From the UHGV virus genome UHGV-1333727: DNA of 12,808 bases; one strand, 5' to 3'. The position numbers and the translations under genes are program-made. This stretch comes from a virus. The notes beneath the pieces are model-generated. The model did not search any database. It worked only from the letters and a program-made list of their open reading frames with translations, and was not told the origin of the DNA. Positions 7,261 through 12,808 of the stretch are shown in pieces; the stretch's first letter is position 1; each line of letters starts with the position of its first letter.

Positions 7261-7920
7261 ATGAATAAACTTAAAGTAATTGGCGTGATTAGCCATCGCA
7301 CTAACCCTGAGTGTTACCCATCGTTTGAGGTAACAACATGCCGCACAGAATATAATTTTGGATCATACTATTTATTGGGTGTTCGCGCGGATGGCGGCAC
7401 TTATTCGGTTATGGCTGCAAGCTGGAAATTTGATAAATACGCTAATTTATCTAATAAGGATGATGACGGCATGAATAAAGAAAGTGAGATCATTGATGAA
7501 TTAATCGAAGATGAGCGGCATGATTGCGAAACGCAACCGGAAAAAACTGAATGGTTGGCAGGCGAAAAGCCTCCTGTTGGTGTGTGGCTTGATTGTGTAG
7601 GTCTTACGAGCGGAACGGTTCTCGATGTCGTTAAATTTAAATATGTTGGTGATAAATGGGCTATATGTGAAAGCAAGGAAGATTTAGGCTTAGAGAGGCC
7701 GATATCATGGACGACATGCGCTTTCAGGATTCATGTTGGTCCGATAGAAAAGGCGCTTGCTGAAATAGCGTTCGCACTTGCAACTAAGGTCATGGGTGAA
7801 GACGCGGCAAAAGAGATTGACTTTAAACGTGACAACGATTTTACGTGCGATTATCGCAATATGGCGCAAGCAATTATTGATGGATGTATCGGACACGTTG
7901 AATACACGGGGAAAAGATAA
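7261..7920 (+). CDS. hypothetical protein (219 aa), two regions separated by an acidic linker
   Basis: ATG 7261 with GAGGA 8 nt upstream; stop overlaps the downstream start (TAATG at 7918-7922). No recognisable catalytic motif. Confidence 0.8.
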   Translation: MNKLKVIGVISHRTNPECYPSFEVTTCRTEYNFGSYYLLGVRADGGTYSVMAASWKFDKYANLSNKDDDGMNKESEIIDELIEDERHDCETQPEKTEWLAGEKPPVGVWLDCVGLTSGTVLDVVKFKYVGDKWAICESKEDLGLERPISWTTCAFRIHVGPIEKALAEIAFALATKVMGEDAAKEIDFKRDNDFTCDYRNMAQAIIDGCIGHVEYTGKR

Positions 7921-8150
7921 TGGATAAGACGGCAACAATTCTTCTTAGTCGCCCTGCCATCTGCCGTATGCTTGGGGGAATTAGCAGGGGAACGTTCTAT
8001 TCATGGCGTAAAAAGTGGGAGGAAAACGGAACTCCATTCCCGGACCCTGTTGATGTGTTGGGGACCGGGCGGGGCGTCATGTACCGCTATCAGGAGGTGA
8101 TGCGGTTCTTTGATAAGATCGGATTAACGCCAGCCAGGGATAAGACGTAA
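7920..8150 (+). CDS. AlpA-family (MerR-like) small DNA-binding protein, probable excisionase/integrase regulator (76 aa)
   Basis: ATG 7920 with GGGGA upstream. ...LLSRPAICRMLGGISRGTFYSWRKKWEENGTPFPDPVDVLGTGRGVMYRYQEVMRFFD fits the AlpA/Xis pattern (HTH followed by 'FP.P...G.R...W...EV..W'); it sits next to an integrase. Confidence 0.8.
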   Translation: MDKTATILLSRPAICRMLGGISRGTFYSWRKKWEENGTPFPDPVDVLGTGRGVMYRYQEVMRFFDKIGLTPARDKT

Positions 8151-9304
8151 TCCGCAAATTTATTTAACGCCTCCTTTTGTTCATCAAGATAATCATATTT
8201 GTCGTACACTGCCAGTATTCCCCTGAGTGAATGGCCTAATACCTTTTCCGCGACATGTACCGGAACACCTATAGCTGAAAGGTGTGTACGGCACGTCCTG
8301 CGGAGGTCGTGACAGGACCATGATTTGCCTCCCATCCTTTTACGCACGAAGATTGCAGCTACTTTTATCACTGATGCGTTTACTGGTCTGTTCCCTCCGT
8401 TAATCACTGGCGGGAACACATAATCATACTCATGGGAGGATAATACCTCCCTGAGCATTTTTATCGACAAATCTGATAATCCACGCCTGATTTCACTTCT
8501 TGTCTTCGCCACCGCCGCCGGGACGGTCCATACTCCGTTGTCCAGGTCGAGGTGTTCCCTTCTCATTTTCTGCAACTCCCCCACCCTGCACCCGGTTAGC
8601 AATAATAGCTTTAATGCTATCTTGTTCTGACGGTAGATCTGCGAATCATCCACCGTTCGCCAGAAATGGCCTATTTCATCGCACGATAAATAACGCTCGC
8701 CAACCGCATAATTTTCGCCTACGTCAACAACCCTGATATTGTTTATCGCTGTACTGGTCATTAGCCCGCGCCGGATAGCGCTGTTCACAACAATCTTCAT
8801 TCGCTTGAGTATCAGCCCAGCCGTAACCGCGTGGCCCGCCGCAGTGATCTCGCCGAATATGTCCATCCATTGTTTAGTGCTGACATCATCGGCAATATAC
8901 TCACCGAATTTATCGACAACATGGCGCTTAAGCGCGCTCCTGACGTCATTATATGCAACCAGCTTAATAACGTTCGGCAGGGATAAATAGTCACTCACAA
9001 TGGCGCTTATTGTTAATTTGCCACGCTCAATATTTATCGCTTGCTTTACTGAAACAGTTGGGTTTTTCCCCTTCGCTAATAGCTCTTTGTATTCTGCCAC
9101 CGCGTAGCGTGCATCTTTCAATGTCATACTGCCGTAATCGCCAATCTTCATCCTTACAGGCTTACCGTTGAACCTGTACCTGAACTGGAAAATAATTTTC
9201 CCCTTCGGGCTTATCCTGGCAGACAAGCCGTCGCGATCCGCTATCTCGTTCGGGCCGTCATATGGCTTGTTTGCTATTGCGCGTAATTTCGTATCCGTCA
9301 GCAT
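8090..9304 (-). CDS. int: tyrosine recombinase / integrase, P4-type (404 aa)
   Basis: ATG at 9304 (minus) with AGAGG 7 nt upstream. N-terminal LTDTKLRAIANKP...GLSARISPKGKIIFQFRYRFNGKPVRMKIGDY is the P4-type integrase arm-binding N-domain; catalytic region has ...TGCRVGE (Arg), HDLRRT (H-x-x-R) and ...GHSLRGILAVYDKYDY (His...Tyr). Confidence 0.95.
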   Translation of the reverse strand: MLTDTKLRAIANKPYDGPNEIADRDGLSARISPKGKIIFQFRYRFNGKPVRMKIGDYGSMTLKDARYAVAEYKELLAKGKNPTVSVKQAINIERGKLTISAIVSDYLSLPNVIKLVAYNDVRSALKRHVVDKFGEYIADDVSTKQWMDIFGEITAAGHAVTAGLILKRMKIVVNSAIRRGLMTSTAINNIRVVDVGENYAVGERYLSCDEIGHFWRTVDDSQIYRQNKIALKLLLLTGCRVGELQKMRREHLDLDNGVWTVPAAVAKTRSEIRRGLSDLSIKMLREVLSSHEYDYVFPPVINGGNRPVNASVIKVAAIFVRKRMGGKSWSCHDLRRTCRTHLSAIGVPVHVAEKVLGHSLRGILAVYDKYDYLDEQKEALNKFADYVLSLAGVNPILSKNRITS

Positions 9305-9320
9305 TCTGATACCTCTTTTT

Positions 9321-9342
9321 TTTGGTCACGATTTGGTACACA
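9321..9342. repeat. 22-bp direct repeat, copy 1 (TTTGGTCACGATTTGGTACACA)
   Basis: Matches copy 2 at 9562-9583 at 21 of 22 positions; contains GGTCACGAT. Confidence 0.7.
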
Positions 9343-9350
9343 GTTTTATC

Positions 9351-9472
9351 TGAACGGATATTAACACCATTGAACGGATTTAAACACACGACAGGATGAT
9401 TGAGATGTAACTTAGTGAATTTAAATGATATTTTTTATCAACCGTGAACGAGTCTGAACGGGATTGAACACC
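9351..9472. repeat. cluster of five TGAAC(G)-type iteron-like motifs
   Basis: TGAACGGATATTAACACC (9351-9368) and TGAACGGATTTAAACACA (9371-9388) are 20 bp apart; TGAACGAG (9445), TGAACGGGA (9455) and TGAACACC (9465) are phased at exactly 10 bp. Confidence 0.6.
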
Positions 9473-9561
9473 ACGAATCGTTACTGTCTGGAATGGTTAG
9501 CTTTGTGAATAATAATTTATAAAACAGTATGTTGCAGTGCTTTTGTTTTTGGTTTTGGGTA

Positions 9562-9583
9562 TTTGGTCACTATTTGGTACACA
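9562..9583. repeat. 22-bp direct repeat, copy 2 (TTTGGTCACTATTTGGTACACA), preceded by phased TTTGG tracts
   Basis: Copy of 9321-9342 with one mismatch; contains GGTCACTAT. Immediately upstream, TTTTTGG / TTTTGGG / ATTTGGT recur at roughly 8-10-bp spacing (9545-9580). Confidence 0.7.
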
Positions 9584-9608
9584 AAAAGAAACGAGGCGTT
9601 AGCCTCGT
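9583..9608 (-). terminator. rho-independent terminator of tail-fibre gene
   Basis: On the minus strand: stem ACGAGGC, loop TAAC, stem GCCTCGT (plus 9591-9608), followed by UUCUUUUU (plus 9583-9590), about 35 nt after the stop at 9641-9643. Confidence 0.6.
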
Positions 9609-9640
9609 TTCGCGCGGCGATGTTCTTCGCACATCACCTC

Positions 9641-11845
9641 TTATTCTTCGCTTCCGGTCAACTGACTGATAAGCGCTTCAAGTTTTGCTATCCGCTCATC
9701 CATTGCGGCAATGTTAGCTTTCAGGCTTGCGTTCTCCTCTTCCAGTTCGGTGACGCGGTTATCCGTTTCGCGTGCCACCTGGACAAGTAAACCAGTCACC
9801 GCCGCATAGTCAACATTAAGGTAACGTGTTTCTTCTCGTAGCTCGTTGCCGTCAACGGTCGGACCCTGCAATTCTTCACCGTAACGAGTAAACGATCCTA
9901 CGGCTTCCGGTAGCGCCTCCATTACTTCCTGTGCAATAACGCCAGCATAAGGAAGGCCGTTTTCCTTGAGCGTGTAGGTGTACCCGTTCATTTTGCGGAT
10001 TAATTCAGTGGCTTCACCTATAACCTGAATGTTATCTTTAAGGTCGCGGTCAGATGATTGGTGAAGTGTCTGGCATGTGATATTACCGCTAACTTCTGCG
10101 GTGGCGCTTTTAATCTTATACTCTACTGAGAGATCACGGACTTCAACCCTCCCATCGTGGCGAACAATAAGATCACCGTTTGTTTCACCTTTTGCGTTTT
10201 TAGCCCTGATGTGAACTTCTCCAAGCGTATCAGTATTTGTAGGCGCAAAAATAACGCCGCGTTCCGACTGATCCTCATTTTGGAACCATACATGGGCGGT
10301 TCCACTTTTTGAACGCAGGTATAGTGAAGGTGTTGCTTTAGTGATCGACAGATCACCTGACATAATGTCGCCGGATTTTTTCACCTGCGCATCGTTAGTT
10401 ACGTTACCAAGTCCAACATCCGATTTCGACGGCTTGTATTTGGTTCCGTATAGCTCATTTATGTTAAAAGTACCATTGTTGAGTCTATTATCGTTACTAG
10501 AGTAAATCTTTACTCTACCGCTTTCGTAATCGATATTAATAGCTGACCACGTATCGCCGCACCGCGAGAATATACCAGAACCGTGGCTGAAAATTGTTGA
10601 TTCGCTACCTGTTGGTTTTCCTGACCTCCAGAAACACCCACCTTTCGCCCTTAGCTCTTGTAGTAGTTCCTTATCGGTCATTTTACCATCCAAAGTAAGA
10701 CCGCTACCGCCAAGACCAAAAGCGCCTATAAGCATAGCATTAGAAAGGCCTAAATCTGCTTTAGTAGGTTTGTTTACCTGGTCGTAAATCCTTGCTGCTG
10801 GGCTTTCAATAAATCCTGAAGGTGCATTGTCTTGTTTAACAAATCCTTCAGGAATGTATAATTCCGTGTTGCCAGTCTGCGCCAGCACCGCTACTTTTGT
10901 GCCTTGAATATAAGATCGCTGGTAGCACCAGACCTCGATATAGCCGTCACCTTTAACCAGGCCGTAACGCATTTGACTATTATTGGGAAGGTTTGGTGAA
11001 CCGAGTCGGCGAATACTTAAAAATTTAGATATATTTTCACTGGTTACTTCGCCTGTGTCGTTAAGATCTCGAGCGGAGATCTCTATAAAGTCAATATTCC
11101 CGTAACTTAAACCGTAGCCACCGCCATTTGTAACCATTAGCGTTAAGTGGCACTCTGAAAACTTTGGATCGCTAAGTTTAGCAATCTTAACGTAAGCGCC
11201 ATTACCGCTAGTATTAACAGGCCAAGCACATTGGACCATTGGGCTGGTAAGCCTTCCCATTTGATTCAGATATTTTTGCGCCCTGTTCTCTGATGTTTTG
11301 GCGTTGGTTTCGCTTGTTTTCGCTGCCGTCTCACTTGCCTTAGCGTTGGTTTCTGATGTTTTCGCTGCCGTGGCGGATTTTGCAGCCGCTGTTTTTGACG
11401 CTTCTGCTGCGTTTTTGTCGGATCCTGTTTTTTGAGCGTTGGCGGTTGATTTGGCTGTCTCTGCGCGAATGTTGGTAAGAAGCTGATCCAACTGACCTTC
11501 GCCGCCAAAATCCTCCCACCACTCGACAGCGGCGGCGATCTCTGTTTCCTTGCCCTGGTAGTAACGCAGGGTTTCAGCCACATCCTGAGCAAGCCCATCA
11601 ACTGAGATCGAGTCAGATAGCAGGATGCTGAATTTTGTCCCGGCAGGGATGGCGGGGTTAGCCGCTGGCGTCACTGACAGTTCAGTGCCGCTTTTAATTT
11701 CTGTGATGGTAAAGATCTGTACCGGATTGCCAACAGCAATGAGCGTGCAACCTACACGAATAAGAGAAAGCGGCGCGGAAAAGTTTGTTCCCGTGCCTGT
11801 AACAGTATTGCCGTTGATGGCAATTGTTCCAGTTGTGTAAATCAT
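9641..11845 (-). CDS. phage tail fibre protein with Stf-like Ala/Lys/Thr/Ser repeat region and C-terminal intramolecular chaperone (peptidase S74-like) auto-processing domain (734 aa)
   Basis: ATG 11845 (minus) with GGAG upstream. Residues about 125-190 carry AAKTSETNAK-type repeats like those in lambdoid side tail fibres. C-terminal ~140 aa (...SSDRDLKDNIQVIGEATELIRKMNGYTYTLKENGLPYAGVIAQEV... then coiled coil) match the endosialidase-type chaperone domain with the Ser...Lys (S-x4-K) dyad. Confidence 0.9.
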   Translation of the reverse strand: MIYTTGTIAINGNTVTGTGTNFSAPLSLIRVGCTLIAVGNPVQIFTITEIKSGTELSVTPAANPAIPAGTKFSILLSDSISVDGLAQDVAETLRYYQGKETEIAAAVEWWEDFGGEGQLDQLLTNIRAETAKSTANAQKTGSDKNAAEASKTAAAKSATAAKTSETNAKASETAAKTSETNAKTSENRAQKYLNQMGRLTSPMVQCAWPVNTSGNGAYVKIAKLSDPKFSECHLTLMVTNGGGYGLSYGNIDFIEISARDLNDTGEVTSENISKFLSIRRLGSPNLPNNSQMRYGLVKGDGYIEVWCYQRSYIQGTKVAVLAQTGNTELYIPEGFVKQDNAPSGFIESPAARIYDQVNKPTKADLGLSNAMLIGAFGLGGSGLTLDGKMTDKELLQELRAKGGCFWRSGKPTGSESTIFSHGSGIFSRCGDTWSAINIDYESGRVKIYSSNDNRLNNGTFNINELYGTKYKPSKSDVGLGNVTNDAQVKKSGDIMSGDLSITKATPSLYLRSKSGTAHVWFQNEDQSERGVIFAPTNTDTLGEVHIRAKNAKGETNGDLIVRHDGRVEVRDLSVEYKIKSATAEVSGNITCQTLHQSSDRDLKDNIQVIGEATELIRKMNGYTYTLKENGLPYAGVIAQEVMEALPEAVGSFTRYGEELQGPTVDGNELREETRYLNVDYAAVTGLLVQVARETDNRVTELEEENASLKANIAAMDERIAKLEALISQLTGSEE

Positions 11846-11855
11846 CGCAATGACT

Positions 11856-11926
11856 CCATTTTGTTAATTAACGGAATAATTCTACCATTTTGTGATCTGT
11901 GTTGCATTTTCTGCTTACACAAAATG
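11856..11926. promoter_or_regulatory. candidate operator/promoter elements in the divergent tail-fibre/lipoprotein control region
   Basis: CCATTTTGTT (11856-11865), CCATTTTGTG (11885-11894) and the inverted copy CACAAAATG (11918-11926). No confident -35/-10 could be assigned by eye. Confidence 0.3.
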
Positions 11927-12022
11927 TATTTGTTGATTTGTGTCAATATACGAAATGTGCTTTTGTCGGATATTTAAGCCACCGGATGAACCGGATGAAC
12001 AAACGAGAATGAGGCTTTAAAA

Positions 12023-12271
12023 ATGAAAAACATGTTCAAAGTGGTTTTGTTCGCTGCGGCTGTAGCTCTTACTGGATGTGCTGTTGATAAGGAAGCTGCA
12101 TTGCATAACCTGCCGAATAGTGGAGTAATTCCACAGGATGTTGTTTATGATGTTAACGGGCATCTTGTCTATGACACTGAAAAACTGCCTTATACTGGTC
12201 AATGGTGTCACGAACTCGATCACAACATGCGCCGCATCGGTAGCCCTTCTAACTGTGTAGCTAACTACTAA
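12023..12271 (+). CDS. small lipoprotein (82 aa); candidate phage superinfection-exclusion / receptor-masking lipoprotein
   Basis: ATG 12023 with TGAGG upstream. Signal peptide MKNMFKVVLFAAAVALTG followed by Cys (lipobox LTGC); mature part ~63 aa with three further Cys; followed directly by a strong terminator. The functional call is inference from context. Confidence 0.85.
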   Translation: MKNMFKVVLFAAAVALTGCAVDKEAALHNLPNSGVIPQDVVYDVNGHLVYDTEKLPYTGQWCHELDHNMRRIGSPSNCVANY

Positions 12272-12278
12272 AAGAAAA

Positions 12279-12305
12279 CCCCGCGCGAAGCGGGGTTATT
12301 TTTTA
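12279..12305. terminator. bidirectional rho-independent terminator
   Basis: Stem CCCCGC (12279-12284), loop GCGAA, stem GCGGGG (12290-12295), then TTATTTTTTAT on plus; an A-run (AAAAGAAAA) precedes the stem, giving a U-tract for the convergent minus-strand transcript as well. Confidence 0.8.
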
Positions 12306-12686
12306 TATCCATGTTCCTGAACTTCTTGTTATAAGTATTAAACCTGGTTTTCTTTTTGCTGCATTAGATGTATTGGTAAAGTTTTCCGTCACCTCTACTG
12401 TAATTGTTGGGTATGTGAGGCCAGATACACAGTGCACCGCGACAGTTGACATTGCTGGGGTTGATGCTGGCCTTTCTATATCAATTGTTTTTGCGTGTCC
12501 GCTTATATTTATAGTTACATTGATGCGAGAAGATTCCCCATATGTATAGTATGACAAATCATATGGAATCATAACGTAAACTGTTTTTGATAAACTTGAT
12601 GAACTTGAATCAAGATAAGTTTTCGAAACGCGCCTGCTGCCATTTCCCCTCATTGACGGAAATACATCCTCGTTTATCACTGACAT
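12303..12686 (-). CDS. hypothetical protein (127 aa), Ser/Thr/Tyr-rich, in an AT-rich block; possibly a gene fragment
   Basis: Only long ORF in 12303-12808 and it ends at the bidirectional terminator. RBS is weak (GGTGA about 10 nt upstream), there is no signal peptide, and an in-frame stop lies directly upstream. Confidence 0.45.
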   Translation of the reverse strand: MSVINEDVFPSMRGNGSRRVSKTYLDSSSSSLSKTVYVMIPYDLSYYTYGESSRINVTINISGHAKTIDIERPASTPAMSTVAVHCVSGLTYPTITVEVTENFTNTSNAAKRKPGLILITRSSGTWI

Positions 12687-12724
12687 ACTTGCTACGTCAC
12701 CAACAAAACTTGTAGCTTTGGATT

Positions 12725-12808
12725 ATGGATCACTTTAAGTGGTTCTTCATTATGCTGGGTATGATAGGTATATATCTTTCTTTTGTTTTATGGTATAGCC
12801 TTTCTTTT
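12725..12808 (+). CDS. possible 5' end of a membrane-protein gene running off the window (partial; MDHFKWFFIMLGMIGIYLSFVLWYSLSF...)
   Basis: ATG at 12725 opens a frame with 28 sense codons to the window edge, encoding a strongly hydrophobic helix. RBS is weak (GGA 3-5 nt upstream). Manual translation only. Confidence 0.3.
   Translation, partial: MDHFKWFFIMLGMIGIYLSFVLWYSLSF

Larger units (their letters stand above)
9305..9640. other. candidate attachment-site / integrase-binding or origin-like non-coding region
   Basis: 336-bp non-coding gap between the integrase start and the tail-fibre stop, dense in direct repeats and phased motifs (see the repeat features); AT-rich stretches at about 9400-9440 and 9490-9540. 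Confidence 0.35.
1..12305. mobile_element. phage-derived region (prophage or phage genome segment): replication, nin-like, integrase and tail-fibre modules
   Basis: Co-occurrence of Rha/KilAC antirepressor, DnaB-family helicase, NinB, AlpA-like gene, P4-type integrase and tail-fibre gene. Boundaries are not visible in the window. Confidence 0.8.

Noticed and set aside
8500-8994. Plus- and minus-strand ORFs of 60-83 aa inside the integrase gene
   Set aside because: Antisense or out of frame with respect to the integrase, whose catalytic motifs are intact.
9440-9480. Possible tRNA 3'-end fragment (GGGATTGAACACC resembles the reverse complement of a T-arm)
   Set aside because: The resemblance is partial, no acceptor stem or CCA-adjacent sequence could be assembled, and the motif is better explained as one of the phased TGAAC iterons.
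9563-9790. 75-aa plus-strand ORF spanning the tail-fibre terminator and 3' end
   Set aside because: Runs through the terminator hairpin and antisense to the tail-fibre C-terminus; no RBS.
11266-11601. Arg/Lys/Gln-rich ORFs (111 and 60 aa) on the minus strand within the tail-fibre gene
   Set aside because: Alternative-frame readings of the repeat region; extreme basic low-complexity composition and no start signals.
12017-12223. 68-aa minus-strand ORF antisense to the lipoprotein gene
   Set aside because: The lipoprotein ORF has a textbook signal peptide/lipobox, an RBS and a terminator; the antisense frame has none.
1-12808. CRISPR arrays, rRNA genes, IS elements with terminal inverted repeats
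   Set aside because: No regularly spaced identical repeats with unique spacers, no rRNA-like conserved blocks and no transposase-like ORF were seen on reading the window.

Overview
This 12.8-kb window reads as phage-derived DNA of enterobacterial character, called from the sequence and the six-frame ORF track only; no database search, HMM or folding was run. A plus-strand early/replication operon runs from about 441 to 8150: an HNH/AP2-type protein with a long coiled-coil tail, a Rha/KilAC-type antirepressor, an unusual HTH + Mre11/SbcD-like metallophosphoesterase protein, a DnaB-family helicase, then a tightly coupled nin-like operon (including a clear NinB homologue) ending in an AlpA-like gene. 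That operon converges on a P4-type tyrosine integrase (8090..9304, minus). Downstream of the integrase is a 336-bp non-coding region packed with direct repeats and phased iteron-like motifs, a candidate att site or origin. Next come a minus-strand tail-fibre gene with a C-terminal self-cleaving chaperone domain, a divergently transcribed small lipoprotein gene with a bidirectional terminator, and a more AT-rich right end. No rRNA, tRNA or CRISPR array was seen. The most unusual candidates are the HTH-metallophosphoesterase in the replication-initiator slot, the repeat-rich integrase-proximal region, and the tail-fibre/lipoprotein pair.
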